Source: Chiloscyllium plagiosum (Eukaryota). From it: a stretch of DNA of 64,000 nt. The position numbers and the translations under genes were made by a program. Where the stretch lies: the NCBI RefSeq assembly GCF_004010195.1, contig NC_057755.1:7868676-7932675 (forward strand). Reading direction: 5' to 3'. Every line of letters starts with the position of its first letter. Position 1 is the stretch's first letter. The notes under the pieces are model-generated. The model was not told the DNA's origin, searched no databases, and saw nothing but the letters and a program-made list of their open reading frames with translations. Below, one piece after another: positions 25,421 to 38,120 of this stretch.

Positions 25421-28016
25421 CCGACTCACCTACTCGATTTAAGCTCACCCTCACTTCTAATACATAATCTAATTGTGAGATCTCCGACTTTGGTCCAATA
25501 AATTTCTCTTTAATTAATTTCAAAGGGCCTTTCACTTCATGCACGAATATTAACTTGAAGGGAGTGGGCTGAGTAGATTCATTTGGCGCATCTCTAATGG
25601 CAAACAATACGAATGGGATACGTTTATCTCAATCATTCAGATAATCCTGACAGTATGCTCTCAACATGGACTTCAAAGTATGGTGCCACATTTCTAAAGC
25701 TCCCTGGGATTCAGGATGATACGCATTGGATTTAAAGTGCTGTATACCTAAACTATCCATACCCTCCTTAAACGGCCGAGCAGTAAGATTTGATGCTTGG
25801 TTCGACTGAATCTCTCTGGGTAGCCCATACAATGTGAAGAAAGGCATTACGTCCCCACAGCCCTTTTGGCCTTGATACTCCGGAATGGAATTGCCTCTGG
25901 AAATCTGGTAGTCACATGCATTAAGGTTAACAAGCACTGGTTCCCACTTTTCGTTCTCGCGAGGGGACCTACACAATCAGTTATAACCCGCATGAAAGGT
26001 TCTTCAATGTGGGAATTGGCAACAAAGCTGCTGTTTTTATTACCACCTTTGGTTTACCTACCATTTGGCATTAATAACACATACAGCTAAAGGGTACCAC
26101 GCCCTTGTGCATTCCAGGCCAATAAAAATTATTTTGTACCTGAGCCTGAGTCTTTTATACCCCTCGGTGACCTCCTACTGGTAGTCCATCTGCTATCCGT
26201 AACACCTCCTGTCTATATGCTACCAACAACACAATCTGATGCACTTCGGCCCATTTCTCTTCTGTACTAACCTGCCATGATCTCCATTTTCGTCTTAGGA
26301 TTCTATCTTTCAAATAAAATCCTCTGGATTATTCGCTGCATCCTTTTTAGAGTACACATCTACATATATAAATATCTTTTTTCATCTTGTTCTCCTGTTG
26401 CAAGTCCCTTAGCCTTTCAGGCCTAAACACTTCTGTCTGTCCCTCGACCTGTTCAGGTTATTTTTTTCCTGAACCATTTCATCAGACAGGATATCCGCTA
26501 ACTGAACCTCAACTCCTTCAGCTTTCTCTTTAGTTTTTACTTCGTGCTGTGATTTATGATAGTGGGATCTGGCTCCCACACAGTCTGGGGAAATACCAGG
26601 ATATTTCTGTTTTAACTCCTCAGTTTCTTGGTCTTCCTTGGGTTTCTCCTCAACAACGGACCACCTTGGACCCTGCCAAATCATTCTCAAAAACAAACTG
26701 GATTCCTGGAACTGACACTCTGTCAATCACTCCTAATGCAAATTACCCAGTCTCCAGTTGGCACTTCAAAATAGATCAGACATAGGGGAACGCTAAATTT
26801 CTCTCCATCTATTCCACAAATTGCCATACTTTCGTGTAACAGATCAGAAAAGGTGCATATTCACTCATCCCTTACTATCAGCGACTGGTTAGATTATGTA
26901 TCTCTCAAAATCATAACTTCTTGTCCTACTCCCCCTTGTTCTTTCTGAGTAAACTTTACCCACAGAGGTGAATTAGTTGTAGAGATCAGATACTAACTCC
27001 ATACCCAGCCCCTGCCCAGACTGTGCATTCTCCTGCATCTCCTCGGCTCTTCTTGGGGTTTCCTTTTCTGCTTCTACTAATGCTACTGGCTTAGCATATT
27101 TTACCACATCTTTTCCCATAATGCTTTTCTTCAACAACCAGCACTGTGACTTTATGTGTCCCACCTTACCACAGTGGAAACACCCGAGGCCTTTCAAACT
27201 CCCTGTCCACCGTCTTTTGCTTCTTTTTTGTCCTGTGGTAAATTCTTACCAGTGCTCTCTTCTCATGGTTTTGCAGTGTAGGATCTTTACTTCTCCCAAC
27301 TTCTGTACCTCACAGTACAAGATTATGGCCGGAAGCTTGTCTTATGCACCAACATGTATCCATCTGCTAATCTTGTTGCCCTTCTCACTTTCTGACCTTT
27401 CTGTTCCTCCACGTGAATTCTTAACATTTCTGATAAAGAATTTTTAAACTTCTCCAGCAGCATAGCCTCTCGTAAGGCCTGACACATCCTCTATTTTTAA
27501 AGCATGCAGCCATCTGTAAAATGGCTATTTTTAATTCTTTCGAACTTGGAATAAGTCTGACCTGGATCCTTCTTTTTGTTTCTGAAACACTGTCTGCATT
27601 CTTCTGGTATCAATTCATAAGCAGTTAAAATAGCGTGAGTGACCTCTTCATAATCTCTTGATCCCTCATCTGACATAACTTGCTCCGCCTCCCAGATTAG
27701 TCTTAACAAACATGGGACCACTTCATCTGCCCAGACAACGTTTCAAATGAAATAAAGAATGTTTCGACATCTTTCTCATCAAAATGCGGCAGAGTTTTGA
27801 CATATTTGTTTATATCACTACCATCTGTTTTAATCTCCATCCTGATAACTTGAGTTTGCTGACGAAGTCGCAACCTCTCAAGTTCAAATTCTCTCTCCTT
27901 TTACTCAGTGAAGAACGGTCTCTCTCTTTCTTAATTCTCTCTCTCTCTTTCTCGCTCCCTTTCGTCTCTCTCTCTCCCTCTTTGCTCAGCTAAAAAACTT
28001 ATCTTTTTCTCTTTTG

Positions 28017-28048
<32 letters not shown>

Positions 28049-28521
28049 CCTTTTCTCTGTCTTTGTTTATATCCTAACTACATTTTCCTCAATTGTAATT
28101 AAAGTTTTTCCACCTCGACTGCAATTATCTGTTTCTCTAATACACCTAAGTGTTTGCGTAATTCCTTTATAATTTCCACTTTACTTTAATCCTTGGTCAA
28201 ACCCAAATCTAACTTATTTACTAATTCTAAAAGTATGGCCTTTTTCTTACTTTATAAACTTTCTTGGCAAATTTGAGAATCATCTTCAAATTCCAGAAAT
28301 TCTTTGGCAATTCTAAGAGCCATTTCTCTCACGTTTAACCAACACAAGTCATTGAAATTAAACAAATTGTCCCACCTCCATTTTATTTAAAGATCTAGGA
28401 CACTAACCTGCAAGTAATTAAATCCATTGGGTTTTCACATTCCCCAAATCGATTCAAATCTGAACAAATCCCAGCGCGATCTGTCTAAACCTGTTCAGAT
28501 CGTGCACAAAAGCCCCCAAAC

Positions 28522-29244
28522 TGTTAGAGCATGGGTAAATCCCTCTGCTAATTTAAACCAGCAACACAGAAAAGATTCACCCCGTGCTGTAATCTGTTAA
28601 AATTCAAGAGGCAAAGAAATTTCCCAGAGGTCACTATTTAAAGTAAAAAGTAGCAACTTTATTCTTTAAGTCGAACAGAGAATATTGAATCCAACATCTA
28701 TTTGAAACTTCTTTCTCTTAAACTTATCTTTTCCTCCCACGCTACAATACTAGTCTGACAAAAAATCCTGATAATGATTTACAAAATAAAATCCCGTTTC
28801 AAACCTAGTCAGCTTTGCTGCATCTCCTTTGTAGATTTTCCTCTGCAAATTCTCACCAGGTCGGCCTCGATGTTCTGCAGTGCAAACCCCTTCCCCAGAT
28901 AGGCACCTTTCAGAGACCTCTTGTGCTAGCAGTGCCCGTGCCAGTTCTCTCTCAACTGTTCAACAATGTCCGGTCTTACATCCTAAAACAACAGATCGTT
29001 TCATTGGTTTTAATATTATTAAACTATTAAATTCAAACTTGATTGGAGTTTGGTATCTTGGGACATAATTAAATCTGATTGTCCGAATTTGAATTGCATT
29101 TTGTCTCATGACAACCTATCTGTTCTATTTGTGTCAACCACGTGTTGCATTGTCACCTTGTTCAGAACACTTTATGCTCGATCAGGTAGTTTTGCTAGCT
29201 TTTCAACTCCCTTAAAGGTACAGTACCTCTACACCTTCACAACA
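28522..29244 (-). repeat. 5' LTR of Gmr1-like element 2
   Basis: Plus-strand tgttagagcatgggtaaatccctctgc... is colinear with 22537 tgttacaacacagggtaaacccctctgc.... Both end ...aaggtacagtac....accttca(c/t)a. Confidence 0.8.
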
Positions 29245-30497
29245 CTTCCTACCATCAATCCAATTTTGTATCCAGTTGGCTAGCTCTCCTAGATCCCATG
29301 AGATTTAACGTTACTCAACAACCTACCCATACGATACCTTATCAAAGATCTTGATTAAGTCCATGTAGAAAATGGTTATTGCACAGTCTTCATCTACCTC
29401 GTGGTTCCCACTTCAAAAAACCAGAATCAATCAGGACTTTGTTTTGGCCAGAGTTGGAGAATTGTGTGTAGTTCTCACTGAAACCAGAGGATGGATGTGA
29501 TTGAACTGGAGGAAGTGCAAAGGAGATTCTCCATGAATGTTGCTGTGGGTGTCACAATGCAGCTGTGAAGAGGGTGGTTCATAAGCTCGGCTGCTTTCTT
29601 TAGAGCAGGAATCGGGGTAAATAATACTATGTGGGGCATGGACAGTGCGGATAAACAGTAGTTGTTTTCCCATTGTCGAATGTCCAATAAGAAGGCGGGA
29701 TAATTTTAAACTGAAAGGCTTAGTGGGGAGCATGAGGAAAACACTTCTCTGCTCGAGGATGGAAGGGGCCTGCAATACACTGACTGGGAGTGTAGTTGAG
29801 ACGGGAAACCTCTCAACCTTTAAACAATACTTGATGAACAGTTGAAATATAACATTCAAGCCCACGGGCCAAGTGCTGAAAAATAGGATGAATGTGGATT
29901 CAGTATAATTTCAGTGGGACAAACATGATAGCTGCCCAGTTATTTCTCCTCTATGTGATTCTGTCATTCTGTAATTCTGAAGGGAAGGTTCCGAATTAGT
30001 TTCTTTTCTCGCATTTGTCTGAGTATCAGTTCCAGTTCTTGATATGATCAGTATCAGCTTCACGTTCTGTATTAGAGTGCTCGTTCACAGATAGACTTTC
30101 CCAAATGTGTTGTAAAACTGAATGAACAAGAACAACAGTGGGACAACAGGGTGCAGTAGAACAGCTCTCAAGGAGCTGGACAGCATGAGGTACTGAATGA
30201 CTGGATAACCTCAGCAAAATGAAAGGCTTCACGAAAAAGAATATCAGAAGATATTTAGATATGTATGGCATTGTTAGGATATGGAACAATGCAAGTATTG
30301 TCATTTGAAGATAAATTGAAATTAACTTTGTTGCCTGATAGGTTCAGATTAATCTAGTCTTTAGGGTATTCAATTACAGCGGAAAATCTCAATGATATCA
30401 CATCACTAAATTAAACCTGTTGTCATACTTTGTTTGTTCAAAATGATATTAAAAAATTAAGATATAATCACAATTTCTCTGTGGAGATACAATACAG

Positions 30498-30507
30498 TAT
30501 ATATAAA
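30498..30507 (+). promoter_or_regulatory. Candidate TATA box of GPCR gene A
   Basis: tatatataaa ~100 bp upstream of the ATG at 30603. Confidence 0.5.
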
Positions 30508-30602
30508 AAAATACTGTTTCTGTGTCAGTTCCAGTTTTGAGGGAATGCTCCCGTTCCAACAGATTGGCAGCAGCAAGGACAGGTTGTTTCACAATCAACA
30601 AA

Positions 30603-30669
30603 ATGCATCTTCCAATACAAAAGGTCGTCAAAGTATATTGCACCATCCTTGCTGTTGTTGGTATTCCTG
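30603..30669 (+). CDS. GPR139/GPR142-like GPCR gene A, coding exon 1
   Basis: ATG...MHLPIQKVVKVYCTILAVVGIP G|gtaagt. Consensus phase-1 donor that joins in frame to 37237 (G|TT AAT = GIPVN, TM1 motif). Confidence 0.85.
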
Positions 30670-33600
30670 GTAAGTCTTATAACAACTTAAGTTGCGTACA
30701 TCTCTGCATTAAATCAGACTTATTCCACTCTCTGACTCTTAATCATTTTATTTCCATCTAGCAAGGCAAATAATGATGCTAAATTCCAGTATCCTCACTT
30801 ATTGAGTTCAAAGAAATTCGTTTGATTAGTAGGTTCCTCAGTAATGTGCAGCATTACCTGTTTCTCTATACTGTGCAGAATAGGTTTACCCAGAGCCCAC
30901 CTTGATGGGGTTGGGCTGAGCAGAAGCCCTGGCTGGTCTAGAAAGTGTTTAGCAAGACCACTCTCTCTCTCTGTCTGTGGGAGTCCAAAGCCTGCTATTG
31001 GTCAGATGGGTTTATATAACAACCCACCTGTTAGTGATACCTGGTGTTTCCCATTCCTTGATGGGAAGGGATTGTGTTGGGGGTCTTGCTCAGGCAGCTC
31101 GCTCTAAATAGGCCCAGATACAACAGGTGGGCAACGATCGAGTTGAACAAGTTATTACAGAGTGAGAAGAGAATGTCAGCATGGATAGCTTTGACCATCT
31201 TGTCTGTTGTTTTCAGTCAGTGGATGTGTGGGGGCATGATATTTGTGAGGATAGTTCACTGGGAGGGCCGTTGAACATAGGATTCCAATTATGATGTGTA
31301 ATGTTGGATTATTTGATTGGCAAAAAGACGAGAGAGTTGTGCCATTTGTAAAACGGTGGACAGTGCTGTGGTGTGGAGTTTACTAGGACAAATACTGAGA
31401 TCTGGAGTACAGTGGTAACAGCTCTCACACAGAGGAACAAACAACATTGTCTAACAGGATGTTTCCCATGTTGCACTTTGTTGCTGTTACCCTTTGATGC
31501 TCCTGGAGCAATACTGGTCAATGTGAAGGGGCTCCCACGTACATTCGTTTGGGATTGTTATTTGGACTTTGATTACCAGTTTGAATAAGTGTTATTATTA
31601 TTTTGATTATTGTTATGGTTATTTGTGCGTACCTTTAGGTGAATCCTATGGATATATTTTAAAACCAATTCAATGTGAGACCATAGAGTTACACCATGGA
31701 GGGCAGTATCCCGTCAACTTTGCGAGATCTCTGTTCTTTCACCTGGTCCACGGGGCTCAGAACGGTGGAGATTGCGTGGTACAATAGGGTTTTTCACTGA
31801 TGAATGGCAAGTTGGTTTTGGGTGACTGGTGTGCGATTTAGGATATTTGATATCGTTGTGTTCCTCCAAGGGTCAATCGGGATCAAAAACATCCGGCCAT
31901 ATGGACTGATTGTTAGCTCTGCTGTTGGCATGTTCAGTTGACCTGATGCTCAGGACTCAGGGACTTGTTGAGTTGGATAATATATCTGGGTCACCGGTTG
32001 ATTCATGCCCATCCATAGCACACTGCTAAAAGAATATGAATTATAGATGTATATTGTTGAATCCTTTGATTGTCAAAAAGATATGTATGTTGTACTGCCT
32101 CATTATCCTGGATTGAATGATGTTCTTGGCCCACAACATGGCACGTCATTGCACCAAGTGTCACACGGGATGTCTGTCCAAATAGTGAATGTGGTTTATA
32201 GGTGGGGTGTTTATAGGAGGTCACATATCGATACTGTGTAAAGCCACCCTGTTTCTTAGCTGTTGAAGTTTGGAAATTGTGTAGGGGGGTGGGAATGAGT
32301 TAGTATCGAAGGGATTCGTTGTTGCCAGCTCACAGTTGGATGTTTATAAATGTTTGTAGCATTCTAAACACTGAGCTGTTCACTCCCACAGCACACTCTA
32401 AATGTCAGGGCTGCTACACTAACCCTGCCGGGTGGGAGACATCTGGCACAATGTGTTTTACATCAGGGGAGTAACACAGTGGATCAAACTCTTTGATGCA
32501 ATAACGTCCCCTTTCTTCAATTCCAAAATAGTTCACTTGACAGAAAATGTTATTGTTGGAGTGTTGGTTGGAAAAATATCAGATGAGATTCATGTGGCAT
32601 TCGATAAGACTGTAAGAATGAGAAAACATGGCTGCCATAGAGCCACAGGTTAGTGCAGTACAGAAGACTGAATCAACAGCAATAGCAACAACAAAACAGA
32701 TACTGCTGGGAAAGGTCAGCAGGTCTGGCAGCATCTGCGGAGAGAAATCACAGGAAACGTTTCAGATTCAGGAGCAGTATGCAATGGATTGCAAATCGGA
32801 AATCTTTGCAGCTGGCTGCATATGTTTGGCGCTTAATTTATAAAGTGAAATGTCCCAGTAAATATAAACAGATGTGATAGTTGTTATGAAATTAAAATGG
32901 CAGATTAACAACGTTAGTTCAATGAAGTGCCCTGTACAAATATTTTGTTGACCCAAATAATATTGTTGGTACTGATTAATTTTCCAGCAAGGTTAGGACA
33001 AGCTTGGGGATGTGGCTACATTAATTTACTACTTGTACGTTATTAATCTTGGATTTACAGCTGGACTGTTTCACATTAGTATTTGATTGGAATTGGATGA
33101 ATAACCGTTGAATCTGCTTTTCATAATCTGCCCACAGTTAAATTTCGAGTGTTCGCTGCTCTTCACTTTGAGGTGTGTGTCCTCCTTGGGAGGAGGAAGT
33201 GAACCGTTAATCAGTGAAAAGTCAATCAGCTTTAAGACAATATATAAAAATAAAAATACAAATGAATGGGAATACAAATGTCTGTTTCACCAAATAACTA
33301 ACTTTACTAACTGCAATATTAAGATTATGGTTGATAATTAAATTGGGGAGAATCACCTCGAATTGACAGTCCAGAATTCCGAACATTTAACATGGTGCTT
33401 TAATATACCATACAAGCCTCTACCTCTACCAAGTGCTCTAACGCTGAAGAAGTATTCCACATTAATGAACTTCATTTGCCATTTCTTTTAGTAGTGTAGA
33501 TATTCTTTCCGTATCTACGTCACAAAGTTCTTTATATCTAGACGTGTCATTGTACTTTATGTCAATAACATTGCTCACAAGTCCAGTTTCCAGCATTAGG

Positions 33601-34149
33601 TGCATTTCTGTTACTTTAGTATGATAGTGACAAACGTTCCGACTCGGCCAGGAGCCCAAACTCTGTCACTCGTTGCTTGTTTATTCTACTGTAACCTCAT
33701 ACCTTCCGACACAGCCACATGTTGCCTGACCTTTCCAGCTCAACATTATGTCCACTCTGACTTCCAGCATCTGCTGTGCTTACCATCTCCACATGTTAAC
33801 TCTGTAATGCACCAAACTCAGAATTGTTTACCTTACATTTACAGAAGGATTGATGATCTGTTCCTCAATTACTTATTTTTCCAGTTAACGTTTAATTCCT
33901 GAAAAGAAATCTTCAGCTCTTAAACATATTAATTCTGAGCACATGCTCACAATAAGGAACCCTTGAAAAACTGAACTCAATGAGATTGCAACACTCTTTT
34001 GTTTCATCCTGACCTTAGGTGGAATTGGTTAGGGCTTCTGGAGGTCAGTCATCTTAGTCACCATGCATCTCTGCTGGCTTCTGCATGGTGGTACTTTGAC
34101 CCTAAAATCTGCAGCTGCCTCTATGATGCCCTTCCTTTATCATAATTTC

Positions 34150-34705
34150 AAAATTAGAGATATAGATGTACCTTGAATTCCAGCATCAACAGATGTCTGT
34201 CTTTATCAATACCATGGACTAACCATTGATGAGAAAATGACCTGGCCCAGCCACACAAGTGCTGTAGCCACAGCAGTATGTCAGTTACTCTGATAACTGT
34301 GACAGTAAGCTCCCTGACTGCCTCTATAATCCATGTCCACTATCCAAAAGCACAGGTCAGGACTGGGATGGAATGATCTCCATCTAATGGCTGAGTGCAG
34401 CTCAAATGCAGCATTGAGTGTAACACTCACAGATCTCCACATTGTACAGGACAGACAACTGGTCCTAGTGATTGGCACACATATCATTTAGTACTCACTC
34501 TCTTCACCAATGACATCATGACCAGCAATGAAAATCATCAACATGATGCAAACCAGTGCAAGTCTCATTTGAATAGCACTTTCCATGATCTCTCGGCAGA
34601 ACAAGGACAGTAGATGCAGAGAAACACCATCACATGCAAGTTCTCTTTCAAACTAGATTTAATTCTGACTGAAAAATATTGTCATTCCTTCACTGTTGCT
34701 GGGTA
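34150..34705 (+). mobile_element. L2-like LINE 3' fragment (duplicate at ~46020-46565; similar at ~59240-59660)
   Basis: Resembles the recurrent shark L2-type tail (accattgatgagaaa..acctggcccagccac ... gcagaacaaggacagtagatgca..gaaacaccatcacatgcaagttc). No intact ORF. Confidence 0.5.
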
Positions 34706-34709
34706 AAAA

Positions 34710-34992
34710 GATTAGATTAGATTACCTACAGCATGGAAACAAGCCCTTCGGGCTAGCAAGTTCACACCAACCCTCTGAAGAGTAATCCACCCAGACACAT
34801 TCCCCTAACAATTTAGGATAGCATGACAATTTAGCATGGCCAACTCACCTGACTGCACATATTTGGATTGTCGAAGGAAAGCTGCACAGACAATGTGCAA
34901 ACTCCACACAGACAGACGACTGAGGCGGGAATTGAACCTAGGTCGCTGGTGCTGTGAGGCAGCAGGGCAAACCACTGAGCCACCATGCCATC
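34710..34992 (-). mobile_element. HE1/V-SINE-type SINE (duplicate at ~46600-46815)
   Basis: Reverse complement of the head ggatggcatggtggctcagtgg...gctgcctcacagcaccagcgacctaggttcaattcccgcc; (ATTAG)n tail. Confidence 0.82.
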
Positions 34993-35987
34993 CTGACTCT
35001 GCAACTGTACCCCAGAAACACAGTGGGCTTTCCTGTATCTCAGGCAATGTAGATGTTCAAAAAGGTAGATCTCCAATCCCATCAGAAAGGTGAATAGAGC
35101 TGGGCAATGAATATTGGCCCAGCCACGAAAGCTCACATTCCGGTGGGATATTTAAAAATAACGCCCATTACAACATTTGCAAGAGGATATTTCTGAACCC
35201 GAGAGGTGGCTAATGTCTCGGAGAATGTTTCGTTTGGCAGAGAGAAGGAGAAATGTCTTGGCTGAAAGAGTGGATGTTTGGTACTGAGCGGATAATCCCT
35301 ATCATAGCTTATTTTACCAAATCCCATAACTTTCCTAATTCTTAATGGTTTCAACGCCAGGAGACCGATCTTATTGCCTCAGTTTTCTTTGCTAAGTACT
35401 GGTCTGTGTGTTAATGTTTCAAACTCCGGTAAACTACGGTGATTTGAGTGGACAATCCCTTGTCTTCAAAACTGGATCAAATTTGGAGTGGATCATTTTT
35501 TATCTGTGATAATGGACTCAGTATGGGGATATCCAATCCCAGATAAAGATCGAAAAAGGAAGCAGTTGGCGGCAGTACAGAGTTGGCTGTGCATGTGGAG
35601 CTTCATTTTCTTTTTTTCATTGAAGGGATGTGAGTGTCGCTGGTTTGGTCAACATTCACCTCCTTTCCCTAATTGCCCAGAGGGCAGGTAGCAGTCAATC
35701 AGGTTATCGTGGGTCTGGAGTCACACGGTGGCGAGACGAGGTAAGGATGACAGATTGTCTTCTCTGAAGGACATTAGTGAACGAGATGATTTTTCTTCCT
35801 GACAACTGTCAATTATTTCATTGTCATCATTAGACTCATAAAAATTCCACCATCTGCTATGGGGAATGTTGAACCCAGCTCCCCAGATCATTAGCTAAGT
35901 CTATTAATTAACAGTCTCGATATAGTCCCATTAGGACATTATCCTCCAACATCTTTAGTAATGGTGTGAATCCACAGAGATTCAAGA

Positions 35988-36300
35988 TTGGCACAATAGT
36001 TAGCATTGCGGCCTCGCAGTGCCAAGGACCTTGAGTGACTTTCTGTGTGAAGCTTGTACATTCTCCCCATGGCTTCATGAGCTTCCCCTGGGTGCTCTGG
36101 TTTCCCCACACAATCCAAAGGTGAGCAGGTTAGATGGGTGGCTAAGCTAAATTGCCCTATAGTTCCCAGGATATCTGGTTAGGTGAGTTAATCATGATAA
36201 AACCATATGCATTGGGTGAGGTCTGGTTAGAATGCTGTTCAGAAGTGTGCTGCAGATTCGATGGGCCGAATGACCTCTTTCCGCACAATAGGGTTTCTAC
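35988..36300 (+). mobile_element. HE1/V-SINE-type SINE (duplicate at ~47808-48135)
   Basis: ggcacaatagttagcattgcggcctcgcagtgcca...ggtttccccacacaatccaaag...gatgggccgaatgacctc. Confidence 0.75.
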
Positions 36301-37236
36301 GATGTTATCATAGAAACAGACTCTGATGATTGCCATGGAGAATGCTGATTAGGTGGTGAAGATTCCGAGCCCCAGTGTGTTCTCTGAATCTGAGAGGGGG
36401 ATCTCTATTCACAAGGAGAGGTGATTTGGAACATGAGCCTGGACACGAGGCAGGAAGGTTTGCTTAAACTCTGATAAAATGTGTGATTTCTAAACCAGAA
36501 AGTTGCTATGAACAATGCAGCATGGATTCAGGTTATATTTGAGTGGGAGCTATAGTATACAGTACAGCCATGTGGGAGAGTCCCTGTCAAATGTTGCAGT
36601 GCCTATGGTTTCAGTGGGTATGCAGCTTGTGATATGATGGTTCGATTCATTGCTGGATACTTCTGTGGTACAGATTGTCAGGATGCTCAATCCTGTCCAC
36701 GAGGGAGGGACTCAATGCCCTATCAACTGTTCATCAACAGTCATTCCTGGACAGTGTGGATTGATTTAATGTCATTCATATAGTGTGGGTATACACTTCA
36801 GGGGACACTCTGAGCCGTGGAGGCTCCAAAACCAAAGACAGAAATTTTTCAATCAATGTCCACGTTAGGTGCATCCCATTCATTGTTTTATTGATTTGAG
36901 GTGTCCTGATGTGGATGTTGTGATCTCAGGGGAATCTCGAGCCAGTCTGAGTAACCTATAAACCAGGTGAAATCAACCACTGCCAACCCCCCCAAAAAAA
37001 ATAATTGAGCACATGGCTGTGCCTTGTGTGCACAATTTGCTGTTCTCATTCTTCCCCTTCTTTTTAAATTGCAAATGATTCATTTTGAGAGAGCTTGCTG
37101 CTATGGTTCAGATTCTTTAAACTTCATATGACATGGAGCAACATTTATCTTTGTGCTATTATTTTCAGTCTAAGCTCAGGCACGGAGAATGTTTGATCAG
37201 TAACTTCAAGTCTTTCTCTCTCTCTCTCTTTTGCAG

Positions 37237-38120
37237 TTAATCTAGTGGTGATTGTAATCCTAGCTCGGCAGAAGTGTGGTCTTTCTACATGCATCACTCA
37301 CTATCTGGTGGCCATGGCAGCGTCTGATCTACTGTTCACTATTGTTTATTTCATCTTTCGCCGATTCCCTTACTATTATTTTCCACTGTGTTTCCTGGAC
37401 ATCACTCCTGTTTGTACTGTTGTCTATGTCCTTCACGTCTTGCTCATTGATTGCTCTGTCTGGTTCACTGTTGCTTTTTCTTTTGACCGATTTGTTGCGA
37501 TTTGTTTTCATCAGATGAAAGCTAAGTATTGTACAGAGAAAACTGCAAAGTGGGTTGTAGCAACAATCTGCATTTTCTTTTCTTTAAAGAACATTCCCAA
37601 CTACTTTCGATATATACCTCAAAAGATTATCAACAATGTTCCATGGCACTGTAAAACAAGGCTCAGTTATTACAATGACCGGTGGGAAAGTTTTCAATAC
37701 TTTGAACATTTTTTAACACCAATGTTACCATTCACTTTTATTTTCTTTCTCAACGTTCTGACTGCCAGACACATCTTCGAGGCTGTGAAGATGCGTAAGG
37801 GACTGAGGGGCCAGAGAAAAACAGAGAATGACCCAGAGACAGAGAGCAGAAAAGATTCTGTGATTTTACTGTTTGCCATTACCACCAGCTTCATACTTCT
37901 GTGGATTCTATGTGTTTTAAGGTTCTTTCGAGCTGGTGATTCCTTGAATTACGCTAATTATTTGCTCTTTGAAGAAGTCGGATATATGCTGCGGAACCTC
38001 AGTTGCTGCACAAATGCGCTTATTTATGTGGTGACGCAGAAAAAATTCAGAGACCAGTTAAAGTATGCAGCAAAATATCCAGTTATAAAAATAATTCAAT
38101 TGGTGAATAAATCCAAGTAA
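37237..38120 (+). CDS. GPR139/GPR142-like class A GPCR gene A, exon 2 (spliced protein 316 aa, 7TM)
   Basis: (CT)n-ttttgcag acceptor at 37236 and an open frame to TAA 38118-38120. Motifs YLVAMAASDLL (TM2), SVWFTVAFSFDRFVAIC (DRY equivalent), ECL2 Cys, LPF (TM5), SFILLW (TM6), SCCTNALIY (NPxxY equivalent) and KFR (helix 8). Confidence 0.92.

Larger units (their letters stand above)
22537..29244 (-). mobile_element. Second decayed Gmr1-like LTR retrotransposon with SCAN-like capsid
   Basis: LTRs at 28522-29244 and 22537-24291 (the latter split by a Penelope). PBS tgggggct (tRNA-Pro-like) at 28511-28519(-) and PPT at 24292-24312. gag with AYELIPEECRQCFRN (SCAN-like) and CFHCGKVGHIKSQCW; integrase (FYWPGMHK, AYHPESQGALE, LFAIRDAPNES); then RT YLEDV ~25260 and RNase H (RGFLGLSGFYWKFVP, PIGYFLKKLN..QRKYSAIENEL). 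Confidence 0.9.

Noticed and set aside
30340..30480. Shared olfactory-receptor-type homeodomain/OE promoter motifs upstream of the GPCRs
   Set aside because: TAAT cores are present but expected by chance in AT-rich DNA. No convincing O/E site, and no alignable block with the pseudogene promoter.
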